Position numbers and translations under genes: made by a program. From the NCBI RefSeq assembly GCF_900232105.1, contig NZ_LT934425.1, positions 1,440,001 to 1,472,000 on the forward strand: DNA of 32,000 nt, read 5' to 3'. Shown here in pieces: positions 1 through 7,966 of the stretch. This DNA is from Candidatus Kuenenia stuttgartensis. Its GTDB lineage: Bacteria > Planctomycetota > Brocadiia > Brocadiales > Brocadiaceae. How positions within the stretch are numbered: position 1 is the first letter of the stretch; each line of letters opens with the position of its first letter. The notes under the pieces were generated by a model. That model ran no database searches, was not told the origin of the DNA, and saw only the letters and a program-made list of their open reading frames with translations.

Positions 1-253
1 ATCGCAATTTTCATATACCTTCCTCATACTCTGCGAAAATGGATCTTCATCAAAGAAACAAAGCCTCAGATACTGAATACCAAACGCACTAATATGCAAC
101 AATTACATATTAGAAATCACTACAGCATTAATTTTAGCAAATTATCTGTTTAATTACCAAGCAAAATTACTGAAATAACCGCCGGGTTACTATTTATAGT
201 TTAAGTTTTTTATAAATCTTTATTCTTCATAATACTTTCATGGAACATGACAA

Positions 254-760
254 CTACTCCAGACCCAGCTTTGCCCTCAACCCCTGATCTTTCCTGGAAA
301 CAGCATTAGAGAGTTGCTTTTTATACATAACTATTTTTTGCCTCAAAGCCGGATTCGCAACACTTAATATCTGTATTGCCAGTATTGCGGCGTTAATTGC
401 CCCTGCCTTTCCAATACCCATGGTAGAAACGGGGACGCCAGATGGCATTTGTACGGTAGAAAGAAGCGAATCCAAACCTCCCAATTCTGGCGTTGGCATA
501 GGAATTCCGATAACAGGAACAGGCGTCAGGCTGGCAATTACCCCTGCCAGATGTGCAGCCCCCCCCGCCCCAACAATGATTACTTCGTATTTTTTTTCGG
601 CTTCCAAAGCATAAGAATGGGCACGTTCCGGTGAACGATGGGCAGATATGACATTTACATCGAAATCCAATCCAAATTCTCTTAACGTTTGTACAGCCTC
701 TTTAATTATTGGCACGTCTGAATCACTACCCATTACTATACCAATCTTTTTCATTTTCAT
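254..760 (-). CDS. purE: N5-carboxyaminoimidazole ribonucleotide mutase (class I PurE)
   Basis: 168-aa ORF with PurE hallmarks: GIVMGSDSDVP near the N-terminus, SAHRSP, and VGAGGAAHLAGV. The true start may be the third-codon Met (MKKIGIV). Confidence 0.9.
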   Translation of the reverse strand: MKMKKIGIVMGSDSDVPIIKEAVQTLREFGLDFDVNVISAHRSPERAHSYALEAEKKYEVIIVGAGGAAHLAGVIASLTPVPVIGIPMPTPELGGLDSLLSTVQMPSGVPVSTMGIGKAGAINAAILAIQILSVANPALRQKIVMYKKQLSNAVSRKDQGLRAKLGLE

Positions 761-815
761 AATTTATCCGCCCAAAAAACCGGTAAATCAATGTATTTGA
801 ATACCCTCACCGTTT

Positions 816-848
816 AACCCTGACAGGGTTCCAAACCCTGTCAGGGTT
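816..848. repeat. Twin 15-nt palindromes: AACCCTGACAGGGTT (816-830) and AACCCTGTCAGGGTT (834-848). They are reverse complements of each other.
   Basis: Read directly. Lies between the fdhA stop (927) and the purE start (760). Neither strand has a clean U-run after it, so I do not call it a canonical terminator. Confidence 0.6.
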
Positions 849-926
849 GTTTCATTCATATACTGGTGAAGCATATATACAATCGCTGCTATATCTCTGA
901 AATAAAAATATAATCGTAGTGTTTGT

Positions 927-3617
927 TTACATTTTCTCTACCTTAACGGCACACACCTTATACTCCGGTGTAAGCGCAAGCATATCTTCTCCAGGCCCAG
1001 TTAACACATTCGTCGGTGTTTCAGGATAATGGAAGGACAGGAATACGCTTCCCAACCGGGATTTCTCCGTTAACTCCGTCTTTACTTCCAGCGAACCTCG
1101 CCTCGAAGATACTTTGACCTTCTCGCCTGATTTTATATCCAGTTTCGCCGCATCCGCCGGATGTATTTCCATAAACTCCTCAGAGTTTATGGCGCATATC
1201 TCCGGATTCCTCAAGGACATCGAACCATTATTATACTGATACAGCCGCCGACCGGTTGTCAGCAATAACGGATACTCCTCGTCCGGCAATTCTTCTGAAG
1301 GGGTATACATCAGGTCGTTAAACATCCCCCGCCCCCTTTTAAAGGTGTCTTTATGCAGTATCGGCGTTCCGGGATGATTCATGTCCCACACAGGCCACAC
1401 TAACCCGTCTCCCTCCAGACGCTTGTAATTAATACCCGCCATATCAGGCGTCAGCTTCGCTATCTCATCCATAATCTCACTCGGATGATTATAACTCATA
1501 GGGTATCCCATTGCCGTGGCGATTGAACAAATAATATCCCAGTCCGATTTCGTTCCCTCCGGCAACGGTATAGCCTTATGTAGCCTCCGTACTCTTCTCT
1601 CCGCATTGGTAAACGTACCATCCTTCTCAAAGTAACAACTCGTTGGCAATACCACATGCGCAAGTTTCGCCGTCTCTGTCATGAATAGCTCCTGCACTAC
1701 CAGAAATTCAAGCTTGCTTATTGATGCCCTTACCTTGTTTATATCCGCCTGTGATATCGCCGGGTCATAGCCTATTATATACATCGCCTTCAAATCCCCG
1801 GATTCTATCGCACGGTACATCTGCGGCTCTTTCAAACCGGGCTTCTCCGGAAGCTTCTTTACCTTCCATGCTTCAGCATGCTTACGGTTGGCTTCCGGAT
1901 CGTCCACCCTCTGGTAACATGCATATACGTCCGGCAATGCACCCATATCACACGACCCCTGTACGTTGTTCTGCCCACGCAGAGGGTTTATACCCGTATT
2001 CGGACGCCCAACATTCCCGGTTATTAGCGCCAGATTCGCCAAAGACATTACCCCGTGTGAACCCGCCTTGTGCTCCGTCATCCCTAACCCGTAAATGATC
2101 ATACCCTTGTTCGTACCCGCATACATCCTTGCGGCTTTTATTATGTCTTCCTTCGGTACCCCGGTAATCGCCTCCGTCTCTTCAGGGGTATATTTGCTTA
2201 CTACCTGCTTCAGCATTTCAAAGTTCTCGGTACGCCTTTCTATGAAGTCGTCATTCTGCAATCCCTCTTTTATGATTACGTGAAGGAGTCCGTTTATGAG
2301 CGCCACGTTTGTCCCTGCCCTTAACTGAAGGTGTATATCCGCATATTTGACCAGTTCTATTTTTCTGGGATCTATTACGATGAGTTTCGCTCCGTTCTGC
2401 CTCACCGCCTTTTTTATTTTTAACGCGGCTACCGGGTGGGCTTCCGTCGTGTTGGAACCGCTCACGATGAGCACTTCAGCGCCTTCAATATCGGCCAGTG
2501 AGTTTGTTGCCGCTCCGCTCCCAAGCGCAGCCCTCAGCCCCGTTACCGAAGGCGCATGACATACACGTGCACAATTGTCCATATTATTGGTGCCCATTAC
2601 CACACGTGTAAATTTCTGGGCAAGAAAGTTTTCCTCGTTTGTACCCCTCGATGAACTCAGACACCCGAACGAATCCGGGCCGTACTTTTTCTTTATCTCC
2701 GAAAATCTCTTCGCCACAAGGCCGATTGCCTCTTCCCAGCTTGCTTCCCGAAACGGTTCGTTTATGTTATCACGCACAAGCGGCGTTTTTAAACGATCCT
2801 TGCTTGAATAAAATTCAAATCCATACCGCCCCTTAACACAGAGGCTCCCATAATTGGGCGCAGAGTTTATATCCGCCGTTACTTGTAATATTTCATTGTT
2901 TTTTATATGGAGCACCAGACTGCAACCCACCCCGCAATAAGAACATACCGTCCTCACTTTTCTGGTCTCCCATGAACGCGCCTTCTTCATTACCGGCTTG
3001 TCCATTAACGCCCCCACCGGACAGACGGATACACAATGACCGCAGAACACACAACCCCCGTCCTGCATCGATTTCTCAAAGGCGGTTGATACCCTTGTCT
3101 TTATCCCACGATCCGAAAACGTCCACACATGCTGCCCCTGCACTTCATCGCATATCCTGACACATTTGCCGCACATTATGCACTTGTTCATGTCACGGTA
3201 AATGGCAGGATTAGACTCGTCAGGCGCAGGCACGGGATTCTGCTTCACAAACCGCGATGTCTTTACGTCATACTCATACATCAGGTTCTGCAGGCTACAC
3301 TCCCCCGCCTTGTCGCAGGTAAGGCAATCATTGGGATGATTCGACCAGAGCAATTCCAGATTCAGCCGCCGGGAACGCAGCACCGCTTCGCTCCGGGTTG
3401 ACACCTTCATGCCCTCCGATACAGGCGTCGCACACGAAGCCGCCAAATTGTCCTTCCCTTCCACTTCCACCACACATATCCTGCACGCCCCCGATGGCTT
3501 CAACCGCGGATCATGGCATAGTGTCGGTATCCGTATCCCAACCCGACGTGCTGCTTCCAGTATCGTCTGCGAAGGGTCTGCCTCCACACGCTTCCCGTCT
3601 ATTATTACTGTTGTCAT
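927..3617 (-). CDS. fdhA: Formate dehydrogenase catalytic (alpha) subunit. Molybdopterin oxidoreductase with an N-terminal NuoG-like Fe-S module; cysteine type.
   Basis: 896-aa ORF. The N-terminus has a 2Fe-2S pattern (CHDPRLKPSGACRIC) and 4Fe-4S clusters (CIMCGKCVRIC, CVFCGHCVSVCP). It is followed by a molybdopterin domain containing NCARVCHAPSV, which aligns to the E. coli FdhH ARVUHGPSV active site with Cys in place of Sec. AGGAGGAG lies just upstream of the ATG. Confidence 0.88.
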   Translation of the reverse strand: MTTVIIDGKRVEADPSQTILEAARRVGIRIPTLCHDPRLKPSGACRICVVEVEGKDNLAASCATPVSEGMKVSTRSEAVLRSRRLNLELLWSNHPNDCLTCDKAGECSLQNLMYEYDVKTSRFVKQNPVPAPDESNPAIYRDMNKCIMCGKCVRICDEVQGQHVWTFSDRGIKTRVSTAFEKSMQDGGCVFCGHCVSVCPVGALMDKPVMKKARSWETRKVRTVCSYCGVGCSLVLHIKNNEILQVTADINSAPNYGSLCVKGRYGFEFYSSKDRLKTPLVRDNINEPFREASWEEAIGLVAKRFSEIKKKYGPDSFGCLSSSRGTNEENFLAQKFTRVVMGTNNMDNCARVCHAPSVTGLRAALGSGAATNSLADIEGAEVLIVSGSNTTEAHPVAALKIKKAVRQNGAKLIVIDPRKIELVKYADIHLQLRAGTNVALINGLLHVIIKEGLQNDDFIERRTENFEMLKQVVSKYTPEETEAITGVPKEDIIKAARMYAGTNKGMIIYGLGMTEHKAGSHGVMSLANLALITGNVGRPNTGINPLRGQNNVQGSCDMGALPDVYACYQRVDDPEANRKHAEAWKVKKLPEKPGLKEPQMYRAIESGDLKAMYIIGYDPAISQADINKVRASISKLEFLVVQELFMTETAKLAHVVLPTSCYFEKDGTFTNAERRVRRLHKAIPLPEGTKSDWDIICSIATAMGYPMSYNHPSEIMDEIAKLTPDMAGINYKRLEGDGLVWPVWDMNHPGTPILHKDTFKRGRGMFNDLMYTPSEELPDEEYPLLLTTGRRLYQYNNGSMSLRNPEICAINSEEFMEIHPADAAKLDIKSGEKVKVSSRRGSLEVKTELTEKSRLGSVFLSFHYPETPTNVLTGPGEDMLALTPEYKVCAVKVEKM

Positions 3618-3690
3618 GTCTCCTCCTGCATTTTATAACAAAATAATGATTCCTCTGTATTTTTCATTGTTCTGAAAAAACAAAAAATTA

Positions 3691-3912
3691 GGTCACAATT
3701 TAGCTTTCCGAAAGATATGCTCTATAGCCTTACAATTTGTGCTTTATAAACAATGTCGTATAAATTAGGCCTTCAGCAACTTTCTCGATGTAGCGCGAAG
3801 TGCCACTTCGCTCGCGACGAAGCAATCGCTTCGTCCTACAAGCTTGAAATTCCTATACGTTAAGTTCAGCACGGACAAACAGCGTTTGTCCGTGCCATCC
3901 TATTATCAATTT
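3691..3912. repeat. Degenerate member of the palindromic intergenic element family (element D), in the nuoF-fdhA spacer
   Basis: The arm-like GGTCACAATTTAGCTTTCCGAAAG (3691-3714) matches the element C arm at about 20 of 25 positions. Internal hairpins: 3795-3811 (GCGAAGT/ACTTCGC), 3817-3836 (GACGAAGC/GCTTCGTC) and 3869-3895 (GCACGGACAAAC-AGC-GTTTGTCCGTGC). TATCAATTT (3904-3912) is shared with the sequence abutting the right arm of element C (21308-21316). Confidence 0.55.
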
Positions 3913-3924
3913 AAATTCCACATT

Positions 3925-5583
3925 TTAGGCAGACGCTTTTTTAGCGATATTTTCTTCATACTCATTTTTAAAGTACTGCAGCGTAGAAACAACGGGATTC
4001 GCAGATGTTTGTCCCAGTCCGCACAGCGAAGACGTCCTGGTTGCTTCCGCCAGTTCTTCCAGAAGGCCAATATCTTCTCTTTCCCCTTCCCCGTTTGCTA
4101 TCCTCGTCAGTATCTCCAGCATCCGCTTAGTACCTACCCTGCACGGAGTACACTTCCCGCATGATTCATTCTGGCAGAATTCCATGAAATACCTCGCTAT
4201 CTCTACCATAGAGGTGGTTTCATCCATGATAATAAGTCCCCCGGACCCCATTATCGCCCCAACCTCTTTTACCGATTCATAATCAATCGGCGTATCAAGG
4301 TATTGCTCAGGCACACATCCGCCCGAAGGACCTCCCATCTGCGCCGCCTTGAATTGCCGGCGACGGGGTATGCCTCCGCCTATTTCAAACACCAGCTCAC
4401 GAAGCGTTGTTCCCATCGGCACTTCTACCAGTCCCGTATTGTTTACACTGCCCGCCAGTGCAAATATCTTCGTCCCCTTGCTCGACTCCGTTCCTATTGC
4501 GCTGAAATACTTCGCACCCTCAAGGATTATTACCGGAATATTTGCCAGTGTTTCCACGTTGTTTATATTCGTTGGCTTTCCCCACAATCCGCTTACCGCA
4601 GGAAAAGGAGGACGCGGACGCGGCATCCCGCGTTCACCTTCAATAGAAGCAATCAATGCCGTCTCCTCGCCGCATACAAATGCACCTGCACCCATTTTTA
4701 CTTCTATATCGAAATGGAATCCGCTCCCTAATATATTCTCCCCCAACAATCCAAGTGACCGGGCATCGCCTATGGCTATCTTCACATGTTCCACGGCAAT
4801 AGGATATTCTTCCCGCACATAGATTATCCCCTTCCCGGAACCTATAGCATAACCGCAAATCAACATCCCTTCAATTACAGAATGAGGGTCTCCCTCAAGC
4901 ACCGCACGGTCCATAAATGCACCAGGATCCCCTTCGTCTCCGTTACAGATAACATATTTCTCGTCACCCACGGCATTTTTTGCAGACTCCCACTTCTTCC
5001 CCGTCGGAAATCCGGCCCCGCCACGTCCCCGCAGACCGGATGCCTTCACCTCTTCAATTACTTTGTCAGGGGACATGCCGGAAAGTACTTTCTCAAGGGC
5101 GACATACCCATTCCTCAAAATGTATTCACTTATCTTTTTCGGGTCGATTACCCCGCAGTTCCTTAATACAATCTTTTTCTGCTTTTTGTAAAAGGATATG
5201 TCTTTCCGGTAGGGTACCCGTTTTCCATCTTCCGTGCAGCAAAGCCTTTCAATGATTTCCTCCTTAAGGACTGTCCTGGAAACTATCTCATGCACGTCAC
5301 TCTCCGTGACCCTGCCGTAAAATACCCCCATTGGCTCTACCGTTACTACAGGCGCCCTTGTACACAATCCCTGACAGCCGGTATCCACCACTTCCACCCT
5401 GTCTTTAAGGGACTGCATCTCAATTTCCGCCTGAAAGGTTTTGTACACTTCCCAGGCCCCCAACGCCCGGCAACCTGTCGTACAAATTAAAATACGTATT
5501 TTCTCCCCGCTGCTTTTTTCCGCTTCCAAAGATTTTCTATACCTTTTCAGGGCATCAATGCTATTCAATTTTTCCATTAACAC
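3925..5583 (-). CDS. nuoF: NuoF/FdsB-like NAD(H)- and FMN-binding Fe-S subunit with an N-terminal thioredoxin-like 2Fe-2S domain
   Basis: 552-aa ORF with GLRGRGGAGFPTGKKW, GAGAFVCGEETALIASIEG and a C-terminal 4Fe-4S motif ESCGKCTPCRVG. GGAGGAG lies upstream of the ATG. Confidence 0.88.
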   Translation of the reverse strand: MLMEKLNSIDALKRYRKSLEAEKSSGEKIRILICTTGCRALGAWEVYKTFQAEIEMQSLKDRVEVVDTGCQGLCTRAPVVTVEPMGVFYGRVTESDVHEIVSRTVLKEEIIERLCCTEDGKRVPYRKDISFYKKQKKIVLRNCGVIDPKKISEYILRNGYVALEKVLSGMSPDKVIEEVKASGLRGRGGAGFPTGKKWESAKNAVGDEKYVICNGDEGDPGAFMDRAVLEGDPHSVIEGMLICGYAIGSGKGIIYVREEYPIAVEHVKIAIGDARSLGLLGENILGSGFHFDIEVKMGAGAFVCGEETALIASIEGERGMPRPRPPFPAVSGLWGKPTNINNVETLANIPVIILEGAKYFSAIGTESSKGTKIFALAGSVNNTGLVEVPMGTTLRELVFEIGGGIPRRRQFKAAQMGGPSGGCVPEQYLDTPIDYESVKEVGAIMGSGGLIIMDETTSMVEIARYFMEFCQNESCGKCTPCRVGTKRMLEILTRIANGEGEREDIGLLEELAEATRTSSLCGLGQTSANPVVSTLQYFKNEYEENIAKKASA

Positions 5584-5603
5584 TTCTCCTCCATTCCTAA
5601 TAG

Positions 5604-5741
5604 AAATGTTGAATTTTAAATTCTGAATTCTGAATTAAAATTAATTTAATATTGTAACTGTTTAGTGTAATCTATTTAACTACCGAAGCACAACTCGCTT
5701 CCGAAAAGTTGAATTCTGAATTAATTTAAAATTTAACATTT
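5604..5741. repeat. AT-rich inverted-repeat element (element E) in the nuoE-nuoF spacer
   Basis: AAATGTTGAATTTTAAATTCTGAATTC (5604-5630; TGAATT continues to 5636) matches the reverse complement of 5711-5741 (AAATGTTAAATTTTAAATTAATTCAGAATTC) with one mismatch and a 4-nt gap. It contains TTCTGAA heptad copies and a partial family arm, ATTGTAACTGTTTAGTG (5651-5667). Confidence 0.55.
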
Positions 5742-5756
5742 AAAATCTAAAATTCC

Positions 5757-6227
5757 CTAATAACTCTTGAGAATTTCCTCGGTTTTTTCTTCAGTCAATT
5801 TCCCATAATAGCGGTCGTCTATCATCATTACAGGCGCCAAAAAACACGTGCCTAAACATGCTACCGTTTTATGGGTAAATTTATAGTCAGGTGTTGTTTC
5901 GCCTTCTTTTACCTGCAGGACGTCTGCTATTTTCTCCCCGATGTCCGGGGCGCCCTTTATGTGGCAGGCAGTGCCGGCGCACAGCCTGACGGTATGCTTT
6001 CCTCGGGGAACCAGCGAAAATTGCGAATAAAAAGTCACGACTCCGTATATCCTGCTCAACGGTATGTCCGTCCGCACCGACACTTCTTCCATTGCCGTCA
6101 GGGGCAAATATCCGTACTCCTCCTGCATCTCCTGTAATATCGGAATTAAATCGTTTGACGCGGCACGGGAAAGAATGGCATGACATTTGTCTAAATTAAA
6201 TGATAATGAATTTGCTTCGTCCGACAT
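5757..6227 (-). CDS. nuoE: NuoE/FdsG-like 2Fe-2S ferredoxin subunit
   Basis: Four-Cys pattern: CAGTACHIKG ... CLGTCFLAP. The ORF track starts at 6245, but the first six codons contain AAGGAG 8 nt before the second Met, so I place the start at 6227 (MSDEANS...). Confidence 0.85.
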   Translation of the reverse strand: MSDEANSLSFNLDKCHAILSRAASNDLIPILQEMQEEYGYLPLTAMEEVSVRTDIPLSRIYGVVTFYSQFSLVPRGKHTVRLCAGTACHIKGAPDIGEKIADVLQVKEGETTPDYKFTHKTVACLGTCFLAPVMMIDDRYYGKLTEEKTEEILKSY

Positions 6228-6295
6228 AATTCCCTCTCCTTGCATTTATGTCAATGGTAATAAAGAAAAGTAAACGTCTGATGGTTTTATAAAAC

Positions 6296-6325
6296 CCCGC
6301 AAATCACATACTATCACTTTGCGGG
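6296..6325 (-). terminator. Candidate intrinsic terminator (minus strand)
   Basis: An 8-bp stem (CCCGCAAA / TTTGCGGG) with a 14-nt loop. On the minus strand it is followed by GTTTTATAAAA. It sits at the end of the decayed permease remnant and upstream of nuoE. Confidence 0.35.
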
Positions 6326-6749
6326 AGAATGGCCTTGTATCACAACAACATCAGAAACAATACAAATTCCGCTAAATATGTCTTTTGCAAAAGCGCTTAA
6401 AGAGTCCCACCCTTTTTCGCCAGAAATCAGGCCTATTAACAGGTTGCCTGTTATAAGCAGCACTGAACCGTCCGGATTCCGCCATGCAGGGTATTCAAGT
6501 TATACACCGGAACAAACGCCGCCATGAATATCGCAGTGCCAGGGACATGATAACCGCATGGTTGACGCCTGTCTTATTTAATTCTACTCCGCCGTGAAAT
6601 CCTATGGCAAATAGCAGATAAAGCGAAAATAGTTTGGGTAAAGGCTCAGGAATTTTAATATCTGATTTGCAAAATGATGCAATCATCCCCAGGGAGAAAA
6701 ACAAGGCCGGCGGATGCAACAAATTATCAATAATAATAGAAACATTCAC
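6314..6749 (-). pseudogene. Decayed remnant of an SbtA / Sbt_1 (DUF897) family sodium-dependent bicarbonate-transporter-like permease
   Basis: The 84-aa ORF (6495-6749) reads LLHPPALFFSLGMIASFCKSDIKIPEPLPKLFSLYLLFAIGFHGGVEL, which matches my recollection of the SbtA N-terminal pattern. After a frameshift it continues AIFMAAFVPVYNLNTLHGGIRTVQ. After a second shift it reads LLIGLISGEKGWDSLSAFAKDIFSGI, which resembles a much later part of the family. This implies an internal deletion plus at least two frameshifts. Confidence 0.5.
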
Positions 6750-6913
6750 TTGCGTTCTCCTTTACTTTTCCAGATACACGAAAAAGATATTTTCTTTCCC
6801 AACATTTACATTGTCCTGCCTGATCATCCACCACCCATACCATATTAATAGACAAATTGAAGAACGCCAGTTGGAGGGTATTTCCGGTTTTCAATTTTAG
6901 CGCTGCCTGTACA

Positions 6914-7122
6914 CTATAGTCAAACAAATCTGGTTTTAGAAACTTAGCGGTAATTTGGCTTTTTGAAAAATGGAGGCGAAGCATTTGCCTGCGTACAGTA
7001 TAACTCCTTCAACATAGCGGGGTTGGCGTATGTACAGCATTTTACGTCTCTCTCTTATATGCAGGCAAATGCTTCGCCCCTACCCAGAATGTTTTTCGAA
7101 AAACAGATTTATTAGACTATAT
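6914..7122. repeat. Nested palindromic intergenic element (element F)
   Basis: Outer arms: TATAGTCAAACAAATCTGGTTTTAGAAAC (6915-6943) against the reverse complement of GTTTTTCGAAAAACAGATTTATTAGACTATA (7091-7121), about 80 percent identical. Inner family arm: GGTAATTTGGCTTTTTGAAAAAT (6949-6971). Core: an 18-bp perfect stem, GGCGAAGCATTTGCCTGC (6975-6992) with GCAGGCAAATGCTTCGCC (7061-7078). Confidence 0.7.
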
Positions 7123-7158
7123 TTGCCTGTCTTAATTTAAATATCGCAGGTAGAGAAA

Positions 7159-7200
7159 CAAAAAAAGCCGCACAACGATATTGCTTTGTCATTGTGCGGC
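7159..7200 (-). terminator. Candidate intrinsic terminator (minus strand)
   Basis: A 9-bp GC-rich stem, GCCGCACAA (7167-7175) with TTGTGCGGC (7192-7200). On the minus strand a run of six T then GTTTCTC follows. It lies about 230 nt downstream of the DUF2294 gene stop, so the transcript it ends is unclear. Confidence 0.45.
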
Positions 7201-7430
7201 CTATCCATTGACAGACGATAAAAAAAATCGCCCCTCAAGTTTCTGCCCCGAAATCGGCTTAAAAGTATACTGATGCTATATGAAAATTCTATGAAGTCAA
7301 GAAAAAATAATAGCGCCAAAATGGAATATCCCTTTACGAATTTTATTATGGGCAGGCATGGTCACAAAGGCGTTTTGCGGCAGGTGGAAAAACCCGTTTT
7401 TCTCTTGAAATTATCGTGTTGCACTTCTTT

Positions 7431-7799
7431 TTACTCCAGCTTTGGCGGAGAATCGAGGGTAAATAAAACAACTTTTTCTCCTGTTCTGGTGCTGATATCG
7501 GTATGTAAGCTTATTGTTTTTTGATTTGTAATGGATTCCACAACAGCTTCCAAAAGCGGCCGCCCTTTTTCCAACAAGGCAATTCTCATCTGTTTTATCA
7601 ATGTTCTTCCATTGGCAATATCTACGGGATTGGCAAGCTGGTACTCTGCTTTTGTAAGAACGCCTTTTAGCCTGACCAAAACCAAGTCATCAACAATATA
7701 GGTTTTTGCTTCCAATGGTCCCCTACCCATGTATTCTTTTTCGAATTTAATGATCGCTTCACTAATTTCAGCCTCTATTTGCCCTTTGGTTTTTTTCAT
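7431..7799 (-). CDS. DUF2294 (MpsC-like) domain protein
   Basis: The 122-aa ORF reads KGQIEAEISEAIIKFEKEYMGRGPLEAKTYIVDDLVLVRLKGVLTKAE ... SLHTDISTRTGEKVVLFTLD. This matches the DUF2294 family pattern as I recall it. Confidence 0.65.
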   Translation of the reverse strand: MKKTKGQIEAEISEAIIKFEKEYMGRGPLEAKTYIVDDLVLVRLKGVLTKAEYQLANPVDIANGRTLIKQMRIALLEKGRPLLEAVVESITNQKTISLHTDISTRTGEKVVLFTLDSPPKLE

Positions 7800-7848
7800 A
7801 ATACTTCTTTATTAAAAAGGTAAAAATATCAATACTCGTAAAATTATT

Positions 7849-7921
7849 TACGAAGTACGACTTACGGCTTACGATTTGGGATTTGGGATTTTAAATCGTA
7901 CCTCGTAAATCGTACATCGTA
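7849..7921. repeat. Heptad-repeat palindrome (element I) just downstream of topA
   Basis: Four tandem heptads TACGAAG TACGACT TACGGCT TACGATT, then TGGGATT x2, then four inverted heptads AATCGTA CCTCGTA AATCGTA CATCGTA. About 23 of 28 arm positions are complementary. It is followed by GTTTTCCCAAAACAGATTTAT (7931-7951), which resembles the right outer arm of element F. Confidence 0.7.
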
Positions 7922-7966
7922 TCCTGTAATGTTTTCCCAAAACAGATTTATCTCTGGCGATATGCC

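Noticed and set aside
1-14. Possible minus-strand gene start (ATGAAAATTGCGAT) with GAGGAAGG 3 nt upstream, running off the left edge
   Set aside because: Only four codons are visible. It is plausible, but there is too little sequence to support a feature call.
927-3617. Selenocysteine recoding (in-frame TGA plus SECIS) in the formate dehydrogenase
   Set aside because: The ORF is uninterrupted, and the position aligning to Sec140 of E. coli FdhH is a Cys codon (ARVCHAPSV).
420-5626. Numerous 60-160 aa plus-strand ORFs in the track, overlapping purE, fdhA and nuoF (for example 1721-2098, 4303-4731, 4349-4822)
   Set aside because: They lie antisense to long, motif-rich genes. They have Pro/Ser/Arg-rich low-complexity translations and no SD sequences. 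They are typical shadow ORFs.
6634-7319. ORFs 6634-6900 (+), 6727-6984 (-) and 7137-7319 (-)
   Set aside because: They overlap the decayed permease remnant, palindromic element F or the terminator hairpin. They have no SD and no recognisable motifs.
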